NCBI GenBank assembly: GCA_964016885.1
Contig: OZ024745.1
Span: 44,330,001 to 44,394,000, forward strand
Source: Eledone cirrhosa
Lineage: Eukaryota
Length of the DNA: 64,000 bases
Reading direction: 5' to 3'
Position 1 is the first letter of the stretch; each line of letters opens with the position of its first letter. The position numbers were made by a program, and so were the translations under genes. Below are positions 38,065 through 50,744 of the stretch, piece by piece. Below the pieces are notes generated by a model. That model saw only the letters and a program-made list of their open reading frames with translations. It ran no database searches and was not told the origin of the DNA.

Positions 38065-39518
38065 TATCTCTTTCTCTTAATTTCGAGTATATTTTTTTTG
38101 ACCGGCCACCTTCCTGGTGGCAAGGTTGTAAAAGAAAAGAAATTGTCATCCCTTGAATCGCAAGAATGTTTTGCAAATTTTGAAGGTGCCAGCTATCGCA
38201 GTCATTTGTAGACTATGAATTAGGGAGCTGCGCTTTTTGTTCGCAAATCCAAGTTCAGTCATACTTTGGTCCAAGCGGGTTGGTATATAACCCGTAGCTC
38301 CAATAATTGTTTCTACTTTAGGCACAAGGCCAGCAATTACCCAGTGCATTACTGGTACTTTATTTTATCGACCCCGTAAGGATGAAAGGCAAAGTCAACC
38401 TCGGCGGGATTTGAACTCAGATCGTAAAGGGACGTAACTATGCTGGAAAGCATGGCGTCCGACACTCCACCGATACTGCCAATCCACAACCCGTAGCTCC
38501 AATAATGATGGGTATGAAGCTAAAGGTGTATCTTGGATACTGGATTTGTAAACTCCTCATCAATGGTCCGTAGATGTCCTCCTTCTCCTGTATTTTTCTG
38601 ACATCGTTTACATCAAGTGGGCAGCTGATCTCCACAACAGAACACGTTTTCAACGTGTGGTCCCAAACAACAATATCAGGCCGGTTGTGCTTTAATTTGG
38701 TGGCAGTTTTTATTTTCAGGTTCCACCAGTATTCCTTAGTTCCATCTGTCTCAATATATTCTTCCTCGTTTGTTGTTAATTTTGTTTTCCGAAGTGCGTT
38801 CCAGATGGTTCTAGCTATCCCATCGTGTCTCATGGGGAGGTAGTAGCGAGATGACATTCTTTCGCAGCTGGCAACAATGTGGCTTACATCCTCGATCTTT
38901 GTTTTACATAGCCTACATTTATTGTCAGCTGCTGGCCCTCCTCTTTTGTGCAGCAGATATTTGGTAGGGAGTTCTTGTTCCTGTATTGCATAGAGATATC
39001 CCTCAAGGTGTGATGTCATAAACTTGTCGGAACTCCATGCCAGGCTTTTTGAGTGGTTTATCTCCTCTATGGTCTGTGTTTTACGTCTCAAGTATCCATG
39101 CACAACTTTTTCTGTAAATTGGTCAATTTTTCTATCTTGTTTGAACATTGAATAGGATCTTCCGATTTCTCTGGGTGAGAGATTTATACCAGGCTTTATT
39201 CCATATCTCTCCTCCAGATCAGTCGCTATTCTAATGATATTTTTTTTTTCATGCTCATAAACCTGGGCAAGATGGTTGCCAACCTTTTTCCTCTGTTGAA
39301 GGTGTTGCTTCAGTGTTACTATCCAGGTCTCATATGTTGTTAATATTGATTTTAGACCCCGGCCACCTTCCTTGCGTGAGAAGTATAGCCTATCCACATC
39401 ACCATTGATGTTAAAGTTCCCAGTAACACTGAGAAGTTTGCGAGTTTTAAAGTTCCCAGTAACACTGAGAAGTTTGCGAGTTTTAAAGTTCCCAGTAACA
39501 CTGAGAAGTTTGCGAGTT
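38065..39518 (-). mobile_element. R4/Dong-clade RLE non-LTR retrotransposon, 5'-truncated, copy 1
   Basis: RKEGGRGL, CRLC-x8-H-x4-C, RHD, NRPDIVVWD, VEISCP, IIIGATG; ORF interrupted only by a SINE. Confidence 0.9.
38308..38487 (-). mobile_element. SINE family A nested in the Dong ORF, 19-bp TSD
   Basis: AACCCGTAGCTCCAATAAT at 38289-38307 and 38488-38506. Confidence 0.92.
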
Positions 39519-39640
39519 CGTATGTATGTATGTATGTATGTATGTATGTATGTATGTATGTATGTATGTATGTATGTGAGTATGTATGTGAGTATGTATG
39601 TATGTATGTGTGTATGTATGTGGGTATGTATGTATGTATG

Positions 39641-41330
39641 TTCTTCTGGTTTTATAATTTCACAAATTTTTACCAATAGAGAGAGAGTCGGTTTCTAACA
39701 TAGACACAAGACTCTCTCATTGGAATTTACACAACATCAACTAGGTAGATTATGTATGCATGTCTGCATGTGTAGATATGAATGTTATTGTATGTGTGGA
39801 TGTGGATGTTTTGAGTTGCATGTGTATATGCTTTGTATCTGTACATGTGTATATGCTGTTATTAGATGCAACATTTTTTGAATGTTTTACATATTTTTAC
39901 TGTTCCATTAATTTGTACCTGTACTTTTAATTTCCTAACTAGTTGTGTTCTTTCTGTTCCTGTGAAGCCTAGCTTCTCAAGATTTGTATTGAGGCAGTTA
40001 CTAACATACCCCAGTGCCCCAATAACCACAGGCATAAATCTGAAGGTGTAATCAGGGTGGAGTATCTGAAGATTTCTCATCAGTTCTGCATAAATATTCT
40101 CCTTTTCGCTAATCTTTGATATTATATTGGCATCTGCTGGGCAGCTAATTTCCACTACTGTGCATGCTTTCTTCTCCCTGTCCCATATCATAATATCTGG
40201 TCTGTTATGCCTGCATTTTATTGGGGTTTTTACTGGAACATTCCACCAGTACTCTTTATGTACATGAATGTCTTCCACATTGCTGTAGCTTTTAATGTGT
40301 TTATTATCGGGGCTATATTTTTTATGAACTGCATTGTACAGTGTTTTGGCCACTACATCATGCCTCATAGGTAGATAGTACCGCGATGACATCTTTGGAC
40401 AGCTGCAGATGACATAGGTGATATCCTCGATGTTAGTTCTGCAGAGTCTGCACTTGTTATCACATCTAGGTGTTTTGCCTGCATCCCTATCTCTTTTGTG
40501 AATCAGGTATTTTGTGTTAATCTCCTGTTCTTGGATTGCAAAAGCATATCCTTCAAAGTGGGAGCCAATATAGCGGTTGTTGGTCCAAGATAGACTACTT
40601 TCCTTATCTATATTACTCTCACTCTGGAGCTTCCTGGCAACATATCCATGCATGATTTTTTGCTGATAAGCATGCAGTTTTACATCCATAGATTCACTGC
40701 GATACTGCTGAGCGACATCCCTGGGTGTGAGTTTTTGATTATCACACGGAATATCTCTCAAGAAGTTCCTTCCCAACTCTCATGATTTTATCTGTTTCAT
40801 GCAGATAGACTTGCTCGAGAGACAGGCTCCTACGCTTCGAGGTTCGTAGATGTTGTTGGAGAGATATGATGCAACATTCAAATGCTGTCTGGACTGATGT
40901 TAGGCCTCTGCCTCCCTGCTTACGTTTCAAGTAAAGCCGGTCTATGTCACTGTTGATGTGGAAGTTTCCGGTGTTGTTTAGTATTTTTTGAGTTCCAACA
41001 TCAACTGCTCGGATTTCGTCTATCGTCCAGTTGAGTATTCCAAACGTTGGTGTTAGGACAGGCACAGCAAACACATTGTGAGCCACTGTTTTGTTTTGCG
41101 CAAAAAGTTCCGATGACCAAATCTTTCTTAATCGGGTGTAGTATTCCCTGGTTACGCGTTCCTTATTACAGATACCATTATAGGTTATGTTCTCATCTAT
41201 CCTCAGGTATCTGTAGCAGTCCTCATCAGATATCGGTGAAACAGTTAGGCCATTGATGACAATGTTGCTAGATTGGGTTGTTGTTTTTCCCCACTTTACA
41301 GTCATGTATGAGCATTTATCTTGGCCAAAC
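39641..41330 (-). mobile_element. R4/Dong-clade RLE non-LTR retrotransposon, 5'-truncated, copy 2 (distinct subfamily)
   Basis: FGQDKC, YRYL, RKQGGRGL, CRLC, RHD, NRPDIMIWD, VEISCP; one frameshift near 40744; knuckle His replaced by Tyr. Confidence 0.9.
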
Positions 41331-41615
41331 TGTGTGTATGTATGTGTGTATGTATGTATGTTTGTATGTACATATGTATGTATGTATGTATGTTTGTATG
41401 TATGTGTGTATGTAGTGGCCAATGGTACCAACACAAACCAGTCAATGAAAAGTTGTCATGCTCCCTCATTTGTTTATTTAATTAAATTCTATTTAATTAA
41501 TTCTTCTTATCAGAAACAAATATTTGTATATGAATTTGCCAAATTATTGCTCATAAAAATAATTACCTGAAGAAACTATTCAAAAACAAAAATAACATTT
41601 ATTACATCTTGGATA

Positions 41616-41799
41616 GTATGAGGATAGGCTGAAAAGTTCATAGGCTGACTATGTAGCTGTGAATTCTTGCTATGAATAACTGCAATGTTTCTTCCCAGGG
41701 ACTATGTCGAAAAATAAACCCCTATTTGGTCATTCCATGAGAGTATCTTGGTCAGCTAGTGAACTTTTCAGCTTATGAATATTTCAGCTAACCCTCATA
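41616..41799. mobile_element. mariner-like MITE (also about 41985-42152 and 56109-56292)
   Basis: TA-TGAGG..GCTGAAAAGTTCATAGGCTGAC terminal inverted repeats. Confidence 0.65.
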
Positions 41800-42454
41800 G
41801 GATGTAGTTTGAAAGAGATTTGGTTGTTACTTGAAGGAGGTAGAGCAACCACATAGAAGCTCCTTTATTGGCCCATGTTTCATACCACATGGAGGTGGTA
41901 AGGGTAGTTAAAATAATTAATGGACCTTCCCATAGACAAAATTTCTTGTACCTTGACTAAAAAAAAAAAATGCCTCATTAATAAATATGAGGTTTGGCTG
42001 AAACGTTCATAGGCTGACTAAGTTACTCTCATGGAATGACCAAATGTGGTTCATTTTTCAACAAGAGAGTTAAAATTAATGCATGCAAGATTTTATACCT
42101 CTAGCATCACTCCATCATAGTCAGCCTATAAACTTTTCAGCCTTCCCCTGTAACTTACAATGAAGTCTACTGTCTTGTCATATTTTCTTCAGCAATTTCC
42201 GTTTTCATTCTCTGTTTTAAAAACAATTCCTTGTCCCTGGACTGCCGTTTTCCTCGGCAAAATCTGATGGAGTGTATCCCACATGAGGAAAGAGCACCAT
42301 GAGGTGAAATGGCTGATGTAGTGGGAGTTGCTAGCTGATCTCTGTGGTAATGCTTTCATCATCTTGTCCCTAGCTCAGATACACCACACAGCTAAAGGTT
42401 TAGAGTTTGTCCCCTCCCTTCTTCCTTCTTTATTTTCATTATTTAATTCTCCCC

Positions 42455-42645
42455 ACGCGGTGGATTGGCAGTATCGGTAGAGGGTCGGACGCCATGCTTT
42501 GACGCATAGAGTTACGTCCCTTGCCATTCTGAGTTCAAATCCCGCCGAGGTTAACTTTGCCTTTCATCCTTACGGGGTCGATAAAATAAAGTACCAGTAA
42601 TGCACTGAGTAATTGCTGGCCTTGTGCCAAAAGTAGAAACAATTA
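42455..42645 (+). mobile_element. SINE family A
   Basis: Consensus match; TSD ATTATTTAATTCTC. Confidence 0.87.
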
Positions 42646-43899
42646 TTTAATTCTCTCCACATCCCTTTCTTCTTTGTTCTTGTTTATTACTTTAATTCTT
42701 TTTAGGGCGGTGGATTGGTAGTATCGGTAGAGAGTCAGACGCCTAGCTTTGCAGCATAGAGTTACGGTCCTTTATCCTCTGATAAAAAAAATGACTGGAC
42801 TTGTGCCTATACTAGAAATCACTAATTTAATCCTTTTAAAAAATATTTTCATCATTCTATAGTTGTGTTCATTAAATGAGCTAATTATTGAACAAACTCC
42901 TCATAAAATTCAATTAATCTTCTGAATATGTATTTATATGTATATTTAGTTTTGGTTTTTTTTTTTGATTTTTTTGTTATTTTGTCGTTCTTTTTCAGGA
43001 ATTTGATGTCAACTATTTAATAAAAAGTTGGTTTGGGAAATAAATTATGTTTGAAATAACTTCTTTAAATGCGTGATTTTTAAGAGTGGTTTGCCATTTA
43101 AACTATTTTTCATAATGGATGCCCAGATGCTTTTACAGTAAATCATGATAAAGGATTCTCTGAATTCTATTTCTCTTGCTTTTCCCCCTACCTCTAGTAA
43201 TTTCTCTACCTCTTTCTTTCTATCAAAGGTTTGATTTAATAATGATAATTGTATCATGAAAAATGTAACCATCTCTATTCCTTCCTTTTCTTTTGATCTT
43301 TTTCTTAGATAAGTTCTTTTTGTATTGACTATATTTTGAAATATAAAGCACCACAATGTAACCATATATTTGTATTTCAAATACAATTGCCTATCATTTA
43401 AATCATGACATTTCTAATCGATAAATAGGCATATATAGATATTTAGTTAGAATTTGGTATTTGTTTTTCTAAATCTTCTGAAATCAACCGAATTTTTGGA
43501 AGATTTAAAAACCAAGAATTGTTGCCAAACTATTTTTCTTTTCTTTTTCCTTTTTTTTTTTGCAGCCTGCTGTGCTTGATATATTTGGTGGAGTTAGGCT
43601 GCTGACAACAAGGTTCTTGTCATTGTTGGTGGCTTGCCTTACTGATGTATCAAGTGATACCTATGTGGGTACTTGCTTATTCCTGTGTCTTAGCCTCACT
43701 ATCACCTGCAAGAATGCTGCGAGTGTGTTAGTTTGCATAAAAATTATTGGAGGGAAATTGCAGCACTCTTTGTTGTGATTCCACTCTCATGCTTTAGAAA
43801 CTTTAAATTGTGTTTATATTTGTACGCATAATTATGTGAAATAAAAATTACACTTCCCACGCCCTAACACCCATCCATCCACATCTGTTCACACCACCC

Positions 43900-44308
43900 T
43901 TACACTTTAAAGTTGTCATGTTGATATCACATCAAAAAGCATCCAGCCCATACTGTAATGTGGTCATGTAGGTGTCACAACAAAAAGCACCCAGCCCACA
44001 CTGTAATGTGTTCATGTAGGTGTCAAGACAAAAAGCACCCAGCACACACTGTAAAGTGGTTGTATAGGTGTCACAATAAAAAGCTCCTAGCCCACACTGT
44101 AAAGTGGTCATGTAGGTGTCATGACAAAAAGCACCCAGCACACACTGTAAATGTAGTTGACATTAGAAAGGGCACTCAGCCAAAGAAACCAAGCTCAAAG
44201 CAATTCTGTATGAGCAAGACACGGTCACCTGACCCGACTTGTCTCAAATGGGACAACACTTCTAACCCATGCTAGCATGGAAAATGGCTGTTAAACGATG
44301 ATGATGAT
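43900..44308 (+). mobile_element. RTE-3'UTR-related element with five ~48-bp tandem units and (GAT)n tail
   Basis: Same unit as 17905-18235; terminal CCCATGCTAGCATGG hairpin. Confidence 0.75.
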
Positions 44309-45359
44309 ATATATATATATATATACGTATATTTATGTGTATATATATACATATATGGTGGGAATCTAAATTGGTTAGATGCCATAGGCACAGAAACCAA
44401 TGTGAATTATCAAACTTGCCTCCTATGTAACTCAACAACACCTAAGCCACAGAGCATATCATATTGGTTCATCATCATCATCATTATCACTGTTTTATGT
44501 CCATTTTTCCACGCTAGCATGGGTTGTTCATAGGAAAGCAGTACCCAAGTAGAACAAACAGGCAGATAACAGTCGAAGAAAATTAAGAATTCCAATAGTT
44601 TAACAAAGAAAGAGTTGAGATACTTTGCATAAATGAAGCTCTGCAAAATATAGTTTTTAGCCTGTATAAGCATTGAGCTATTTATGGTGTAATATATATA
44701 TTTCGATCTATATTTATAGTATATATATATATATATATATATATGAGACAGAAACTAGGCATAAGAGGAATCGGATGCAGTGTGCAGAAGAGGAGATTGT
44801 GTTGGTATGGACATGTGATGCATATGAAGAATGGCAACTGTATAAAAAGGCGCAGAACTCTCAAAGTTAATGGAAACCATTGAGTGGGGAGAACCAGGAA
44901 GACTTGGGATGAGGTGATAAAAGCTGACCTTGGATAATTACACCTCTCAAAGGTGATGACACGCGACCGAGATCTCTGGTGTTACACAGTAATACAGAAG
45001 ACCCGACTTCCCACGGGCTCAGGCCGAAGCTGAAGCATATATATATAGTATACACCACCTTACCCCACCCACTCCCATACATCTTCCATGAGGACAAGCT
45101 GAAGTATACATCCAGTGAAGCCTCCAGCCCACACTGTAAAGTGGTCGTGATAGCGACACAACAAAAAGCACCCAGTTCACACTCTAAATGGGTTTGGTGC
45201 AAGGAAGGGCATCAAGCTGTAGAAACTAAGCCAGAATCAGTTCTGTATGAGCAAGACATGGTCACCTGACCTGGCATTGCTCACAACAGGATAACTCGTA
45301 TAACCCATGCCAACGGGGAAAAATGAACGTTAAACGGTGATGACAATGATATATATATA

Positions 45360-45459
45360 CAGGGTGTCCTCCCAAAATGTATATACACTTCAACAGCATT
45401 CTAATAAATATTGCCTATACAGGTAATCAAAGTGGATATACATTCTTTGGGACACCCTG
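45360..45459. mobile_element. 100-bp Tc1-like MITE
   Basis: TA-CAGGGTGTCC...GGACACCCTG-TA with longer imperfect TIRs. Confidence 0.75.
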
Positions 45460-45620
45460 TATATATATATATATATATATGTATATAAGAAGAAATTATA
45501 TATACTTATATATACTCCAGTCCAATAAACTGTTGAGTGTTACTTATCCGATATTTGCATTGCTTTATTGTGCTACAATAAAACTCACCTCCTACATTAT
45601 ATATGTATATATATATATAT

Positions 45621-45673
<53 letters not shown>

Positions 45674-45682
45674 GTGTGTGTG

Positions 45683-45713
<31 letters not shown>

Positions 45714-46017
45714 ATATATATATATACACAACCCGACATACCCCAAACGGGACAACCCGTCTAACCCATGCTAGCGTGGAAAAAAGATATTAAACGATGA
45801 TATATATATATATATATATATATTATATTGGCTCTTTTCCTACTAATATTTTTCTTCATTGTACTGTGTCGTTTGCTTTATTTCTGTTTACATTTGTATA
45901 TATATATATACACACACGCGTATATATATATATATATATGGAATACTGTTAGCTTCTCGCTACAACAATTTCTATACTTTTCATTTATATATATATATAT
46001 ATATTACTGTTATTACA

Positions 46018-46055
<38 letters not shown>

Positions 46056-46140
46056 CGTGTGTGTTGTTGTTGAAAATTCTGCATAGTTATTCACATTTTT
46101 TCATCGGTTGTAAAAGAGTTATTTACACTTAGAATTCTTG

Positions 46141-46250
46141 AAATTCCGTCAACAGACACTTGGTGGCGTTGTCTGTCCGTTACGTCAGTGCACGTTTAAG
46201 ATGGCGCTTACATAGTGACGTCTATTTTACTCGAGGAGCGCTTCTCTTCG
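46141..46250 (+). promoter_or_regulatory. CERT1 proximal promoter
   Basis: Local CpG-rich patch with CRE-like TTACGTCA (46180) and TGACGTCT (46216) and YY1-like AAGATGGCG (46198). Confidence 0.55.
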
Positions 46251-46369
46251 CTATTTTTTTCTCTCAGTTAATCCAGATTTATTGGAAGTATACAACTACT
46301 TTGTATATATGTTTAAACATACACAGCAAAAATATCTATTCATTTAGCTAGGGAATTTTTGTTTCCAAA

Positions 46370-46606
46370 ATGTCGGAGGAGAGAGACGTGCTTAGTATCA
46401 CAGACGATGAGGAGAACGATGAATTTGAAGATGAAGGCCACATGCCAGAGAAACACGGCACTCTAAGTAAATGGACTAACTATCTTCATGGTTGGCAGGA
46501 TCGGTATGTTGTGCTTAAGGATGGTACTTTCAGTTATTTCAAATCCGCCTCCGAGACAGCTTTTGGATGTAGGGGCGCTGTCAGTTTAAACAGAGCTTGT
46601 GTGACG
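46370..46606 (+). CDS. CERT1: Ceramide transfer protein (CERT/GPBP) first coding exon, N-terminal part of PH domain
   Basis: GTLSKWTNYLHGWQDRYVVLKDGTFSYFKS..ETAFGCRG signature; gtaagc donor; no next exon seen up to 64000. Confidence 0.92.
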
Positions 46607-47064
46607 GTAAGCAATTATCAACTTTGTCATTTGTAGTACTGTAATGTGACACAACAGTAAAGATCTACTGCGAAATATGTTTTTATAGTGTTAAGAAAAA
46701 GAAACAAACAGAAATACAAAATGATTTCCTTAACTTACAACAGCTGACTTAGTTTTATTTTTGAACGATAAAATTGAAAATGAAAATCTTTCGATGGCAT
46801 GTAATGCGTGCGAGATATGGGTGTAGCTTTATTTTCATTGTAATTATTTTTCCTTCGGGAGTATATATAATATATATATAGTTGAACAAAAGTTTACAGT
46901 GATGAAAGTATTGAAAGACGAACATTAAAATGATAAACAAGAAAAGAGGTAAAAGGGGGAGAGGGGAATGCCTGTCTAAGTTTTGAAGTCTTTGAGATTG
47001 TCTTGTCCTGTTAACAAGGAATTTCCCGTTGTCCCCTCCCTTTACCGCCCCTCACTTGTCATAT

Positions 47065-47151
<87 letters not shown>

Positions 47152-50100
47152 CATACACATGTATATATATATTATACAGTAGCGACGTAAAAGCTGTTTG
47201 TCATGGCCATGTGAATATTTAATCCGCCTACGGCTCTGTCCTCTTAATCAATTGTCGCCATGTATATTAATAATGGTGACCGTTTTACTACGTGTACATC
47301 CATAGTGTCAAAGTTCTGTTTCGTATATAGTCAATTGTTTCCTCCCACTTGTGGTAGCAGTCTATTTATTAAACTTTTTTTTTTTATACAAGAAAATTTG
47401 TTGCTTTTTCTGACATTTGTAACGAATTAAGGTATCAGTTATTGAATTTATAATCACTAAGTATTGCATTGTAGTATTGCATTGTATTATATTTATTCCA
47501 CCATAAATAAATAAAACAAAGGTCAATTGAATAGCCTTCTGTCAGATATTATCGTTCAATTCTCATCTACTGTTGTTAGTTCTACTACTTAGTCCTCACA
47601 CTAATATGCTTAGAAGTTTAAAACTTTACCCTCCCTCAATCCCGTTGCCCGTAGCTGTGCTTTCGTCTTGGTCTATATATTAACTACTCCGCCCTCCAAA
47701 TATTTGGAATTATTCTCCCAAGTAACTTGATATTTCCTTCTGACGTTTCTATCAGCACCAGTGCCTTCAAATTAGACATTAAATATCCTCCTCTATTAAA
47801 TTATATCATTTTTTTACATCTCTCTGCTTTGTTACTTATATTCGTACGATGTAATCCACAAAGGTAGACTATGTATGATTAAATAGGTTATTATTTTTAG
47901 TTTCAATCTGAACAAATGTAAGTACCAATAATAATTGTAGCGTAGACCTAATCGACCATACCGCAGTCCCCTTGAGAAATATACCATGTGCATAGAAAGA
48001 AATTATATGAAATTGTAAGATAACCCATATTAACCTCAGAAAACCCTTTATGATCTAGTGTTCGTACAATACAGGCTATATAAACAAAGAACCACAGGAC
48101 AACCAGATTTACAACTCTGTTTACATTTAAAGTTTCATTTCGTAGAAGCTTTGTGTTTTTGAATAATAATTCTCAAAATTGACACGATGGCTTTGCTCTG
48201 TTTTGTTATGATCTTGCGGTAGACTAATATTTCTAAGACGCTTCGGGTGTTGTTTTAACTTGTATTACTGATTTTCGTGATGTAATGTACTCATTGTTAG
48301 AACAGAACACGTTTACTAACCGTGCTATAAGGGATGTTTACATTTGTTTAGGTAGAAAGTTTGTATATTTTAAGGGTGGATAAATATTATGTGATGTTTA
48401 TGTCTTTCTTAAGAGTACTAGCTGCGTAAGTGCAGTGAATTTATCTTAGTTGAGAATTGAAAAAACATCGCAGTTTCTGCTGTCTAAATCTAAAGTCTGT
48501 CTCTAGCTCGAAGGCTCATCAGGCCGGTGCTTATCCCGGTTTCCATCGTTTTAAGCGACTGAGAGTACATGACTCTCTCCTCTCTGGACAAGACGCCAGT
48601 CTATCGCAGGGTTAAACCCCCAGCTACAGCTGGTACTCATTTTCAACCGAGTATACTTTACGACGTTCATCATAGGTTTGTTATTTTTGACAAAAACGGT
48701 AAAGTGACGCACATATTTAGTTTCCTCTCTCCTCAGTCTTAGTTTAAACCCTCGGTCAATTATTCTTCATACCAGACATGTACTGGTCTTGATTCAATCG
48801 ACAAAAAGATTGTGCCAATGTGAAAAGTCATTAACACTTCTTAAGCCATTCTTAATTGTAATTGATATTCAGGAATAAAAATAAATGTCTTTTGAAGACG
48901 ACTTAGTGAGGAGTAATCTATTTCACTGAAATTATTTCACAGCACCATGTGTTGAACTTCCGTCGGTTTAGGCGATGAATGTTCTAGTTGTTCGATCTAC
49001 GGAATAGATTTCTCGTGAAATTAGTTGCAAGTGGCTATGCATTCCACAGACACATGCACCCTTAATGTAGTTCGCTGGAAGATTCAGCGTAACACAGTGT
49101 GTGACAAGTTTGGCCCTTGAAATTATAGAGAGAATTGATTTTTGTCGACCGAGTCAATTGGAGCAAGACGAAATAGTGTCTTGCTCGAGGACACAACGTA
49201 CATTGGAAATCGAACTCACGACCTTTCGATCGTGAACTATAACCACGCGCCTTCACACAACACCAAACTTGCCATAAACCGCCACCTGTTTCATGTTATC
49301 TGAGAACTTAACCGATTGATATAAGTGGTGTCACTGCAGAAACATCTGTATGGGATCACAGTATCTAAACACCAAAAACATAAATTAGAGCTTGTGTACA
49401 CTTGTAACCACTTCACTTACATTGGTAATCATTATAAAATACCATGCATTAAAAAAAAAAAATATGTATATGAATTTAAATTGTTCTAGAACCGAAGAGA
49501 AGTCGTGTTTTTTAAAAAATCTTTTAAATTATTATCTGCATGTAATTGGATTTTGTTTACAAAGGGCAGAAACAAGAGGAATGATGTTTGGGCCATTTGG
49601 CAAGGGGCTACGAGTTAGAGGGAGTCTAAGTTTTAATTCTTTTCTGCTTTATTACATATTGAGCAGTTTAAAATGGGGCCTAGGTTTTACATCTACACTG
49701 GGCCTATTATAAGCTTTGTATGGACCTGTCTGTGGACACAACTTCAAAGAAATCTTAAAATAAGGATTCAAACATTCAAATCATGCCAGCATCAACTTTT
49801 ACGATTTGCTTCGTAGGCAAAGATATATTTATAATAATCACAGTAGTGTACAATAATGACCCTTTAAATGTTTGTTCCTTATTTAAGGGGATGGGCGACG
49901 ATTGGCATTAACTATACCCTTATTTAATCCCCAGATATTAACGTTTAAATGTCATGGAATTCCATAACGCGTCTGACTCTGGGTTTTACCAATAGAGACA
50001 CACCTATTTCTCAGAAATGGAGTTACCATTTTAATATATTTATTTAGTTATTTATTTTGGTTTCTGGTCTGCATATATTCCATATTTTCCCCACTGTCAA

Positions 50101-50378
50101 ACTCACAGCTACCATTATTAAACATTTTTCGAAGAAAAAAAAAAAGAAATTATAACTTACAACAGATCACCCTCCCTCTGCCCTTCTCCTCCTCCTCTCT
50201 CACCAAGTTGATTATCAACAGTTACCACTGTACATTGACACTACCCCACTTTCTTGTCACAGTCAGTGACTATAAACATAGCTGCATGTATATTATATAT
50301 CAAAACAGTAATAGCACGCACGCGCATGTATGTAGGTTATGTATGTTTATATACATGCATATATATATATATATATAT

Positions 50379-50744
50379 GGTGGCGGCCAACTCGTTTTCG
50401 AGTACAGCCACTACTTTATATCCATGTAGGAGAACCCCTACCGATGCGCTGAACGAGTGTGACTTTTTAGTCCAGCCAGCGACTTGAAAACTCTGGTACA
50501 AACACTACACTTGTGACAATTATTGACACATAGTGCTGGGCCCATGGTACCATGTGATGACAAGTGCAGAGAGATCTCCAGATATAAAGCAATGCCTGTG
50601 CTGTGGAGCTTTTATAGTGAGCAAAGACACTGCACAAAGCCAATCCCACTCTCTTAACCAAGATGATATTTACCAAAAAGGACAAGTCAACATCATTGGA
50701 TACCATCAGGGTTGCAGGTGTTATATCAGAGTTTTCCTTCTCCT
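50379..50744 (-). mobile_element. Truncated copy of the 37396-38004 element
   Basis: Reverse-complement match to about 37635-38004. Confidence 0.8.

Noticed and set aside
42155-42392. Minus-strand coding exon with AG/GTAAGT borders
   Set aside because: All three frames contain stops, and the sequence is homologous to the repeat at 15520-15700.
43045-43386. 113-aa ORF as a gene divergent from CERT1 (e.g. POLK)
   Set aside because: No POLK motifs; looks like AT-rich decayed LINE sequence.
48500-48545. CTGATGAG in the SINE C tail (minus strand) as a hammerhead
   Set aside because: No GAAA or stem III follows stem II.
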